Assembly: GCA_026991135.1 (NCBI GenBank) | Contig: JALXCD010000055.1 | Coordinates: 5,089 to 69,088, forward strand | Origin: Deltaproteobacteria bacterium | GTDB lineage: Bacteria; Desulfobacterota; Dissulfuribacteria; Dissulfuribacterales; QOAL01 | Direction of reading: 5' to 3' | Length of the DNA: 64,000 nt | Part shown: positions 30,006 through 38,069 of the stretch, one piece after another | Layout: every line of letters begins with the position of its first letter | How positions within the stretch are numbered: position 1 is the stretch's first letter | The notes under the pieces: generated by a model | Databases searched by the model: none | What the model saw: only the letters and a program-made list of their open reading frames with translations | What the model was told of the DNA's origin: nothing | Translations under genes and position numbers: made by a program

Positions 30006-30209
30006 CTTCTTAAATAGAGTTTAGGTATCTTTTTCTGATTGTCAAGACAAAAAATCAAAAAAATCAAGTAGTTAACTAATATACAAATTAATAAGCACCC
30101 ATAAATTAGACCCAGAACAAAAGAAAATTTTTATCCTATGCTCAAAAAAATATTGACATGCCCTTCCTTGCCTCATACCTTTTTGTCAAAAATCCCTCGG
30201 GGGGAAGAC

Positions 30210-30578
30210 ATGAAGATCGCCATCAGCGCAAAAGGAACAGAACTTGACTCCACAGTAGATCCAAGGTTTGGAAGGGCCTCATACTTTATCATCGTAGATT
30301 CGGATTCAGGAAGGATACTGGATGTCATTGACAACTCCTCCGGGAAGGAGGCCCCCCACGGTGCCGGGATAAATGCAGCAGCACTTGTTGCCGAAAGGGG
30401 GGTGGATGTCGTCCTTACAGGGCGAGTTGGTCCAAAGGCCTTTTCTGTCCTTAGTGCAGGAGGCATAAAGGTCGTTTCGGAGATGGAGGGCACTGTAAAG
30501 GAGGCCCTTGAAAGATTTTTAAAGGAAAAACCTCAATACTCAAAGGGCCCTAACGGGGACGGCCATTTTTCAGGATAA
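30210..30578 (+). CDS. NifX/NifB-like (MTH1175/orange-protein family) cofactor-binding protein
   Basis: MKIAISAKG ... DPRFGRASYFIIVD ... VVLTGRVGPKA. I chose the ATG after GGGGGGAAGAC rather than the upstream ORF start at 30138. Confidence 0.75.
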   Translation: MKIAISAKGTELDSTVDPRFGRASYFIIVDSDSGRILDVIDNSSGKEAPHGAGINAAALVAERGVDVVLTGRVGPKAFSVLSAGGIKVVSEMEGTVKEALERFLKEKPQYSKGPNGDGHFSG

Positions 30579-31414
30579 TGAAGATTGCAGTTGCAAGCGG
30601 AAAAGGAGGGACCGGAAAGACTTCGGTGGCAGTGGCTCTCACCCTTTCCCTTAATGGGGATGTGACCTTTATTGACTGCGATGTAGAAGAGCCAAACGCC
30701 CATATCTTTATAAATCCAGAGATAACTTCAAAAAGGGATTTTTACCTTGAAGTCCCTGAAATAGATGAAAAAAGGTGCAACTTTTGCGGAAAGTGCAGGG
30801 AAATCTGTAGATTCAATGCAATAGTCTCCTTTAAAAGGACCATTATGGCCTTTAAAGATATGTGCCATTCCTGTGGAGGATGTTTTCTTGTCTGTGACCA
30901 GAAGGCCATATCCCCTGGAAAAAGGCTTGTTGGGGAGATCCTTCATGGGCAGGGTAAAGGCATAGATTTTTTCATGGGAAGGCTTCGGGTTGGAGAGGCC
31001 ATGAGCTCTCCCCTTATAAAGGAGCTAAAAAAGGAGGCCCTTTCGGAAAAAAATGGGTTTTTTGTCCTTGATGCACCGCCAGGAACCTCTTGTCCGGTAA
31101 TAAAGACCGTAAGGGATGTGGATTATGTAATCCTTGTGACAGAGCCAACGCCCTTTGGCCTTTATGACCTTTCCCTTGCAGTAAAGACCATAGGCGAGCT
31201 TTCCATTCCAATGGGGGTAGTCATAAATAAGGCCGGGCTCGGCATAGATGATGAGATCAGAAATTGGTGCAGGAAAAACCATCTAAGGGTCCTTATGGAA
31301 ATACCCTTTTCCCGGGAGATTGCCTCTTCCTATTCAAAGGGCCAGAGCCTTGTCCATGCGGATGAGGGTCTAAAGGAAAAATTCTTGATGTTAGTTAAGG
31401 AGATTTCAGGGTGA
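30578..31414 (+). CDS. MinD/ParA-type P-loop ATPase with inserted 2x[4Fe-4S] ferredoxin domain
   Basis: Deviant Walker A SGKGGTGKTS, CNFCGKCREIC and CHSCGGCFLVC, LDAPPGTSCPV. Confidence 0.8.
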   Translation: MKIAVASGKGGTGKTSVAVALTLSLNGDVTFIDCDVEEPNAHIFINPEITSKRDFYLEVPEIDEKRCNFCGKCREICRFNAIVSFKRTIMAFKDMCHSCGGCFLVCDQKAISPGKRLVGEILHGQGKGIDFFMGRLRVGEAMSSPLIKELKKEALSEKNGFFVLDAPPGTSCPVIKTVRDVDYVILVTEPTPFGLYDLSLAVKTIGELSIPMGVVINKAGLGIDDEIRNWCRKNHLRVLMEIPFSREIASSYSKGQSLVHADEGLKEKFLMLVKEISG

Positions 31415-32304
31415 AGGAGATACTGGTTCTAAGTGGAAAGGGAGGCACTGGAAAGACTACCCTTACCGCAAGCTTTGCGCACCTTTCAAAAGGGTGTGTT
31501 ATAGCTGACTGTGACGTTGATGCCCCTGACCTTCACCTATTGCTAAGACCAAGGATTGAAGAACGGGAGGAATTTCAATCAGGGGTTATGGCTGCGGTCA
31601 TGGAAGAAAGGTGCACAGGGTGCGGCATATGTGAAGGGCTTTGCCGTTTTGACGCCATAAAGGTCAATGATGTGGCAAAGGTTGATGAGTTTTCCTGTGA
31701 AGGCTGTGGCGTTTGTGCATATTTTTGCAAGGAACAGGCAATCCTTTTAAAGGACAGGGAATGCGGCTATTTTTTTAGATCCTCAACAAGGTTTGGAACC
31801 CTTTGCCATGCAGAGCTTAAGCCAGGCGAGGAGAATTCAGGAAAGCTTGTTGCCCATGTAAAGGAGAAGGCAAGAAAGACCTGTCAGGAAGAGGGCACAG
31901 GGCTTCTTATTGTTGACGGCCCCCCTGGAATAGGCTGCCCTGTAATAGCCTCCTTTTCAGGGGTAAATTACGTTGTCATTGTCACAGAGCCAACTGGTTC
32001 AGGGCTTCATGACCTAGAAAGGGTAATCTCCCTTTCGAGGCACTTTAAGGTTCCTTCCTCTGTTGTCATCAACAAGTGGGACCTAAATAGGGAGATGTCT
32101 AAAGAGATTGAAAAAAGGTGTATGGAGCTTGAGGCAGAATTCCTTGGAAGGATTGATTTTGACGAAAATGTGGTGAGGGCCCTTTTGGAAGGTAAGGCCA
32201 TTACTGAATTTAAGGATTGCAAGGTTTCAAAAAGTGTAGCAAATATCTGGCTCAAGATTCAAAAAAAGATACAGGGAGGAAAAAGTGAGCCAAGAAAACA
32301 GTGA
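31411..32304 (+). CDS. MinD/ParA-type P-loop ATPase with inserted 2x[4Fe-4S] ferredoxin domain (paralogue)
   Basis: SGKGGTGKTT, CTGCGICEGLC and CEGCGVCAYFC, VDGPPGIGCPV. 4-nt overlap with the upstream gene. Confidence 0.8.
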   Translation: MKEILVLSGKGGTGKTTLTASFAHLSKGCVIADCDVDAPDLHLLLRPRIEEREEFQSGVMAAVMEERCTGCGICEGLCRFDAIKVNDVAKVDEFSCEGCGVCAYFCKEQAILLKDRECGYFFRSSTRFGTLCHAELKPGEENSGKLVAHVKEKARKTCQEEGTGLLIVDGPPGIGCPVIASFSGVNYVVIVTEPTGSGLHDLERVISLSRHFKVPSSVVINKWDLNREMSKEIEKRCMELEAEFLGRIDFDENVVRALLEGKAITEFKDCKVSKSVANIWLKIQKKIQGGKSEPRKQ

Positions 32305-33178
32305 AAAGAAAAAGCAATCAAATCCTGTTTTGAGCGAGCAGGACAAAAAGATAAAGGAGAAGCTATCCCAGATAGAGCACAAGATCATGGTCATGAGCGG
32401 AAAGGGCGGGGTTGGTAAAAGCACTGTCTCCATCAACCTTGCCATAGGCCTTTCCCTTCAAAACTTCTACGTTGGCCTTCTTGACATAGACATCCACGGG
32501 CCAAATGTCCCAAAGATGCTTGGTGTTGAAAAGGGAGAGCTTCAAAGAAGGCCAGACGGGACCGTAGGCCCTGTCTATTATTCTCCAAATCTCAAGTTCA
32601 TGTCCGTTGAGCCCCTTTTGCCCGACAAGGACTCGGCAGTCATGTGGCGCGGGCCAATGAAGATGTCTGCCATAAGGCAATTCATCTACGATATCGAGTG
32701 GGGGAAACTGGACTATCTTGTGATGGATGCGCCTCCTGGAACAGGGGATGAGCAGATGACCATTGCCCAGATCATTCCAGATGCCTACGCGGTTGTTGTC
32801 ACAACTCCCCAGGAGGTTGCCCTTCTTGATGTGAGAAAGTCCATAAATTTCTGTAAAAAGGTGGGAATGCCCATTATCGGCATTGTAGAGAACATGAGCG
32901 GTATGATCTGCCCCCACTGCGGAAAGGCCATAGATGTCTTTAAACGCGGCGGCGGAGAAAGGCTTTCAGAGGAGCTTGGAATCCCGTTTCTTGGAAAGAT
33001 ACCTGTTGACCCAAGGATTGTTACTACAGGGGATGCCGGAAAGCCCATAATGGCCATGTATCCCAACAGTCACACCGCCGAGGCCTTTGAAAAGGTGGTC
33101 CAGAACGTGATAAATGTTACCCAGACCATGGCCTTGAGGAAAAAGGAGGACGAAGAAACTGCCAAAAAGGAGGAATGA
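32285..33178 (+). CDS. Mrp/NBP35/ApbC-family Fe-S cluster carrier ATPase
   Basis: MSGKGGVGKST, MDAPPGTGDE, VENMSGMICPHCG. GTG start after GGGAGGA. Confidence 0.85.
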   Translation: MSQENSEKKKQSNPVLSEQDKKIKEKLSQIEHKIMVMSGKGGVGKSTVSINLAIGLSLQNFYVGLLDIDIHGPNVPKMLGVEKGELQRRPDGTVGPVYYSPNLKFMSVEPLLPDKDSAVMWRGPMKMSAIRQFIYDIEWGKLDYLVMDAPPGTGDEQMTIAQIIPDAYAVVVTTPQEVALLDVRKSINFCKKVGMPIIGIVENMSGMICPHCGKAIDVFKRGGGERLSEELGIPFLGKIPVDPRIVTTGDAGKPIMAMYPNSHTAEAFEKVVQNVINVTQTMALRKKEDEETAKKEE

Positions 33179-33181
33179 GCC

Positions 33182-33547
33182 ATGAAGATAGCCCTTCCTG
33201 TTGAAAACGGACTTCTTTGCGGGCACTTTGGACATGCCCCCCAGTTTGCAATTGTCAGCGTGGAGGAAGGAAGGGTTACAGGAAGTGAAATCAGGACCCC
33301 TCCTCCCCATGAGCCAGGGGTGCTTCCAAGGTGGCTGAAGGAGCTTGGTGTAAGCCACATAATCTGCGGCGGAATTGGCGCAAGGGCCGTTGAGCTTTTG
33401 AACCAGTCAGGCATTGAGGTAATTGCAGGTATTGGCCAGGATGACCCTTCAAGACTTGTAGAGGCCCTTTTAAGGGGAGAGCTTAAGGGAGCAGCCGGTC
33501 CTACTTGCGGCGGTCACGGACACGGAAAGGGCCAGTGCCAGCACTAA
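33182..33547 (+). CDS. NifX/NifB-like (MTH1175/orange-protein family) protein with His/Cys/Gly tail
   Basis: MKIALPVENG..GHFGHAPQFAIV, ICGGIGARA, C-terminal GPTCGGHGHGKGQCQH. Confidence 0.75.
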   Translation: MKIALPVENGLLCGHFGHAPQFAIVSVEEGRVTGSEIRTPPPHEPGVLPRWLKELGVSHIICGGIGARAVELLNQSGIEVIAGIGQDDPSRLVEALLRGELKGAAGPTCGGHGHGKGQCQH

Positions 33548-33562
33548 TTAAGAGGTGAAAAG

Positions 33563-33811
33563 ATGCCAATCTATGAATACAGGTGCCTTGAATGTGACAG
33601 GGTTTCAGAGATACTTGTCTTTTCAAGTTTTGAGCCCGAATGTCCCCTCTGTGGCTCAAAGAGGCTAAAAAAGATCATGTCTCCAACCTCATCCCTTACC
33701 GGAAGGGCAAAAAGCACCCTTCCAGGCCCAGGGGATACGGGCTGCTGCGGAAATAGGCCTGGTGAAAGCCCAAATTGCTCAGGGCCTGGCTCCTGCTGCG
33801 GAAAAGTCTAG
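33563..33811 (+). CDS. FmdB-family zinc-ribbon protein
   Basis: MPIYEYRCLECD ... CPLCGS, Cys/Gly/Pro-rich tail. Confidence 0.8.
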   Translation: MPIYEYRCLECDRVSEILVFSSFEPECPLCGSKRLKKIMSPTSSLTGRAKSTLPGPGDTGCCGNRPGESPNCSGPGSCCGKV

Positions 33812-34632
33812 CCCTCTTGAATAAAAAGGAAATTAAAAGGCTAAAAAGGGGGCTTGAAGACCTTTATGAACGCTATAACAAGAGGTGCTATGTAAGCCCA
33901 GACCCCCTTGAATTTCTCTACAACTACAAAAACCCCCTTGATAGGGAAGTAGTTGGGCTTATTGCCTCATCCCTTGCCTATGGAAGGGTTACCCAGATCC
34001 TTTCGGCAGTGCGCCTTCTTTTAAAACCAATGGGAAAAGGCCCCAGAGACTTTCTCCTATCTATTAGCGATAAAGATCTAGAGGCCCTTTTTTCAGATTA
34101 CAACCATCGCTTTACCAAGGGGCCAGAAATTGTGGCCTTTTTAAAGGCACTAAAAAGGGCCATTAAAAAATATGGAAGCCTTGAGGGCCTTTTTTCAAAG
34201 GGAGATTCCATTAAGGGAAAAGGTGTTGAAAGGACAGTTTCAAGGGTTACAGGCGCAGTCCATGAGCTTTTAGCCCTTGGAGGTCTAGAAAAAAGCTTCC
34301 TTTTGCCAGACCCTTTAAAAAAGAGCGCATGTAAGAGGCTATTTTTATTTTTAAGATGGATGGTTAGAAGGGATGAGGTGGATCCTGGTGGCTGGAAAAG
34401 CTTTTCTCCCTCTGAACTCATTGTTCCCCTTGACACCCACATGTTTCACATATCAAGGTCCCTTGGCCTTACACAAAAAAGACAGGCAAACCTTAAAACC
34501 GCCATTGAGATCACAAATGCCTTTAGGGCCATAAACCCTGAGGACCCTGTAAAATATGACTTTGTCCTAACCCGGTTCGGGATAAGGGATGAGCTTTCAA
34601 GGGCCGAGGTGCCCGGACTTGTTTTAGGATAA
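33775..34632 (+). CDS. TIGR02757 (DUF2400) family protein
   Basis: Family-like strings (DPLEFLY, VPLDTHMF, DPVKYDFVLTRFG). The listed TTG start overlaps fmdB by 37 nt. An in-frame TTG at 33817, just after the fmdB stop, is more likely. Confidence 0.6.
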   Translation: MLRAWLLLRKSLALLNKKEIKRLKRGLEDLYERYNKRCYVSPDPLEFLYNYKNPLDREVVGLIASSLAYGRVTQILSAVRLLLKPMGKGPRDFLLSISDKDLEALFSDYNHRFTKGPEIVAFLKALKRAIKKYGSLEGLFSKGDSIKGKGVERTVSRVTGAVHELLALGGLEKSFLLPDPLKKSACKRLFLFLRWMVRRDEVDPGGWKSFSPSELIVPLDTHMFHISRSLGLTQKRQANLKTAIEITNAFRAINPEDPVKYDFVLTRFGIRDELSRAEVPGLVLG

Positions 34633-34707
34633 CTTCCCTTTTCCCTTGATGTAGTCCCAATAAACTTTTCCTTTAAACAAGAGGCTGTTTTATGTTAATC
34701 AAGGGCC

Positions 34708-35247
34708 ATGCAATTTTCCCTTGGTTCTCCCAAAAGGGCCCTTAGATACTACTGGCTGAGGCTCATAAGGCTTAGGGGAAACCCCTTTGTCATTGCAAGG
34801 GGGCTTGCAGTAGGGACCTTTGTGGGGGTTACTCCAACCATCCCCTTTCACACCATCTTGACCATTGGCCTTTGCACCCTTTTTAGGGGAAATATCCTGG
34901 CCGGAATCATTGCCAACTGGATAGTGAGCAATCCTGTCTCCATCCCCTTCGAATACTACCTTTCATGGAAGGTGGGCGTGTGGATAACAGGCTCTGATAT
35001 TTCATGGAACCAGGTCCAAAAAATGCTGAACCTCCTTGAATCCGTAGGCTTTTTAGGGGCGTGTCAGCTTATGTTTCAAAAGTTTTTGGAGATAATCTAC
35101 TGCCTTATAATCGGAGGGGTGATTATAGGCATACCTGCCGGTATAGCCTGTTATTTTCTTGCATCCTATTTCTATTTCTGGCAGGAGAAAAGGCGCCAGG
35201 AAAAATTTCTTAAAAGGATTTCAAGACATCACTCCAGCCATGACTAG
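34708..35247 (+). CDS. DUF2062 family membrane protein
   Basis: RGNPFVIARGLAVGTFVGVTPTIPFHT followed by three or four hydrophobic helices. Confidence 0.65.
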   Translation: MQFSLGSPKRALRYYWLRLIRLRGNPFVIARGLAVGTFVGVTPTIPFHTILTIGLCTLFRGNILAGIIANWIVSNPVSIPFEYYLSWKVGVWITGSDISWNQVQKMLNLLESVGFLGACQLMFQKFLEIIYCLIIGGVIIGIPAGIACYFLASYFYFWQEKRRQEKFLKRISRHHSSHD

Positions 35248-36058
35248 TCAGGAACCTCGGCCCCTAAAAAGATTTGGTCAAAATTTCCTTCTTGACCCAA
35301 ATGCAATAAAAAAGATTGTCTCTTTTATCCCCCGGGAACTAGACACCCAATGTGTGATCGAGATTGGAACCGGCACAGGGAATCTGACCCTGGCCCTTTC
35401 AGAAAGGTTTGAAAAGGTTATCACAATTGAAATCGATAAAAGGCTCATAGAGTGGCACAAAAAAGAGGGCATTTTGCCTAAAAACTGTCACCTTGTTGAA
35501 GGGGATGTGCTAAAGATGTCCTTTAGGGAGCTTTTGAAAGACTTTCACTGCAATGAGGCTGTCCTTACAGGAAATCTCCCCTATAACATTTCAAGCCCAG
35601 TTGTCTTTAAGATGTGCGAAGAAAGAAGTCTCATCCCCTTTTCACTTCTCATGTTTCAAAGGGAGGTTGCAGAGCGCATTGTGGCAGGGCCAGGCACAAA
35701 GGATTACGGAATACTGAGCGTAATCTGCCAGTTTTGCTATGATGTAAGGCTTCTTATGACCCTTTCACCTTCCCTTTTTAGACCAAGGCCCAAGGTCTTT
35801 TCAGGGGTGGTGAGCTTTAAGAGAAAGGACACTTCCGATGCTTCAATAGACTTTGGGCTTTTTGTAAGGACCGTCAAGGCGGCCTTTTCAAAAAGGAGAA
35901 AGAAGATAAAAAACTCCCTTTCCGTACTAATCAGGGATAAAGGGGATTTAACCAATATCCTAAAGGATTCCGGGATAGACCCGAACATGCGGCCAGAAGA
36001 GCTAGAGGTAGAAAGATTTATTGAGCTGACAAAAAGGATACAAAGGGAATATTTTTAA
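35240..36058 (+). CDS. rsmA: 16S rRNA (adenine1518-N6/adenine1519-N6)-dimethyltransferase
   Basis: KRFGQNFLLD, VIEIGTGTGNLT, GNLPYNISS. ATG at 35240 overlaps the DUF2062 stop (ATGACTAG). Confidence 0.9.
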   Translation: MTSQEPRPLKRFGQNFLLDPNAIKKIVSFIPRELDTQCVIEIGTGTGNLTLALSERFEKVITIEIDKRLIEWHKKEGILPKNCHLVEGDVLKMSFRELLKDFHCNEAVLTGNLPYNISSPVVFKMCEERSLIPFSLLMFQREVAERIVAGPGTKDYGILSVICQFCYDVRLLMTLSPSLFRPRPKVFSGVVSFKRKDTSDASIDFGLFVRTVKAAFSKRRKKIKNSLSVLIRDKGDLTNILKDSGIDPNMRPEELEVERFIELTKRIQREYF

Positions 36059-36162
36059 AATTCTAGGCTTAAAATCCTGGTTGTAGCATCCCTATGGCAA
36101 AATAACCTTTGTAGTTTGGCTCCAAAAAAACAGCCAGAATTGGAGTGCCACTTTAATCCTCG

Positions 36163-37668
36163 TTACGCTTTGGCCCACTCAAACTCTACGACGTTCTTCT
36201 CCCTGGAGTTAAAGCCAATCCCTACCAGAAATACCCTTTTTGAGGTGCCGAGATATTTTTCATGGTAACCCTTCTCTTTGATCTGTTCCAATGCCTTTCT
36301 GGACTCACTATCCACCTTGAACTCCATTACATAGACCTTGTCATCTGCAATGACAGTTAGATCCACACGCCCCTTGCTGGAAACATCCTCAGGAATCAGC
36401 CTGAGTCCAAGGGAGGCAATGTAGGCATAAACTACTGATGCATAATAGCCCTCGTAATGCTGGATGATGCTGTTTGCATAGTTGTGGTATGGAATGGAGG
36501 CAAAGAGTGACTTTAGCGCATGCCTTAAAAGTTCCAAATCGCCGTTAAAAAAGGCTTGCACCAGCTCCTTCCTGCTTTCGCGAAGCTCTCTGTCCAAGCC
36601 AGTCAAATAGTGAAGAAACAGCTTATTGAGGGAAATTTGAATCTCCTTGTTGGGAAGGCCCAGTCGATACTCCATCCCGTCAATTCCCTCATATTTTTCC
36701 TTGAAGGTGAGATAACCTGTCTGCCAAAGAAGGGCGGCAATGTCTATGTAGTCAACATCAAAGGCGTCTAGAACAAAGTCATCTACTATGCAGTTTTCTA
36801 GATCTGGAAGATAACGAGGCTGTATCTTGAGAAGGTCAATGAGAAAGCTTGGGTTGCCTGTGCACCACCAGTAGGGACGATATTCCTTGTTCTGTGCAAG
36901 AAAGAGGAGAATGTCAAAGGGATTGTATAGGGGCTCTGCGAAGTAATTATATCCGTTATACCACTCTTTGAGCTTCTCAAGGTCCACTCCCTTGAGATGC
37001 TCCCTAAAGTCATCCACTACCTCCTGGTGAGTATATCCGCAGAGGGTGGCAAAGGAGGGATCGACTGTAATGTCATTGAGATTGTTAAGCCCGCTAAAGA
37101 GGTTGAGTTTTGAAAACTTGGAAACCCCTGTAATAAAGACAAAGCGGATGTATTCGTCCAGGTCCTTGATAATATCATAGAAGGATTTTAGTTTGTCTCT
37201 ATTTTGTCTTGCCAGCTCCCGGTCTGTAATGAAGTCCAGCATGGGTTTGTCGTATTCGTCAATGAGGATCACAACCTTTTCTTTGAACTGTTCAAAGCAG
37301 CGCTCTATTAGTTCTGAAAAGCAGGAGACAGGCTCATCGCAAGAAAATTCAGTTTTCACCCCAAGCAGCCTTTTGTAACGTCTAAGTAGATTCAGCAATA
37401 TCCTGTTGAATCCCTCTTCGTTCCTGAAATCACCACCCCCTAGACTTATCTTTATGACAGGGTAGTTCTTCTCCCAGTCCCACTTGTCCTCGATGTAAAG
37501 CCCTTTGAAAAGCCCCTTGTTGCCATGGAAAAGCTCATGGAGGGTGGAGATGAGCACACTCTTTCCAAATCGCCTGGGACGGCTCAAAAAGAAGTATTTG
37601 CCAGACAGAACGAGGTCACGAATCTCCCTGGTCTTGGCAACATAGACATAGTTTTCCTTTGGATCCAC
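36163..37668 (-). CDS. AAA-ATPase-like / PD-(D/E)XK nuclease fusion protein (DUF1703-type)
   Basis: Walker A RPRRFGKS, Walker B VVILIDEYD, C-terminal GRVDL...YVMEFKV (D..ExK). The first usable start is a GTG with no SD. The conserved family N-terminus (KRLPIGIQTFSEL) is encoded in frame upstream (37669-37743) but has no canonical start. Confidence 0.7.
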   Translation of the reverse strand: MDPKENYVYVAKTREIRDLVLSGKYFFLSRPRRFGKSVLISTLHELFHGNKGLFKGLYIEDKWDWEKNYPVIKISLGGGDFRNEEGFNRILLNLLRRYKRLLGVKTEFSCDEPVSCFSELIERCFEQFKEKVVILIDEYDKPMLDFITDRELARQNRDKLKSFYDIIKDLDEYIRFVFITGVSKFSKLNLFSGLNNLNDITVDPSFATLCGYTHQEVVDDFREHLKGVDLEKLKEWYNGYNYFAEPLYNPFDILLFLAQNKEYRPYWWCTGNPSFLIDLLKIQPRYLPDLENCIVDDFVLDAFDVDYIDIAALLWQTGYLTFKEKYEGIDGMEYRLGLPNKEIQISLNKLFLHYLTGLDRELRESRKELVQAFFNGDLELLRHALKSLFASIPYHNYANSIIQHYEGYYASVVYAYIASLGLRLIPEDVSSKGRVDLTVIADDKVYVMEFKVDSESRKALEQIKEKGYHEKYLGTSKRVFLVGIGFNSREKNVVEFEWAKA

Positions 37669-38069
37669 AAGCTCTGAAAATGTCTGAATTCCAATGGGAA
37701 GGCGCTTTACAAGGTATTCTTCAATTAGGCCGTCTTCTTCTTTTTAGCTATAACATATCCATATACCACTAAAAAACAGTCACTTAACCATTGATGGTGT
37801 GGTCCTTCTTTACTTTTTATTTTATCTTTATGCAGGGCAAAAGGAGTTTTAAGGGTCTTTGGTTAGGGTTTAAGGACAGATACAGGGCGACTGTTTTTCG
37901 TTATGACAATTTCTTTAATGATGTAAATGTACCGTCTCCCTAGATGGTCTTTGTCAATTAAGATTGAGCCTGTTTGAAAAAATCTTTAGAAAGGAAAGGA
38001 TATTGCAAAGCCTTTAAGAGACTTCGATGCTCTACAAAAAGATGTGGTTTGTCTTTCCGGGTAAAAAGC

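Noticed and set aside
29958-30209. Sigma54 (-24 TGGCAC / -12 TTGC) promoter for the ORP-like cluster, as reported for Desulfovibrio orp operons
   Set aside because: The only TTGC-containing stretch (TTGACATGCCCTTCCTTGCC) lacks the GG at the correct 10-nt spacing. No convincing -24/-12 element is present.
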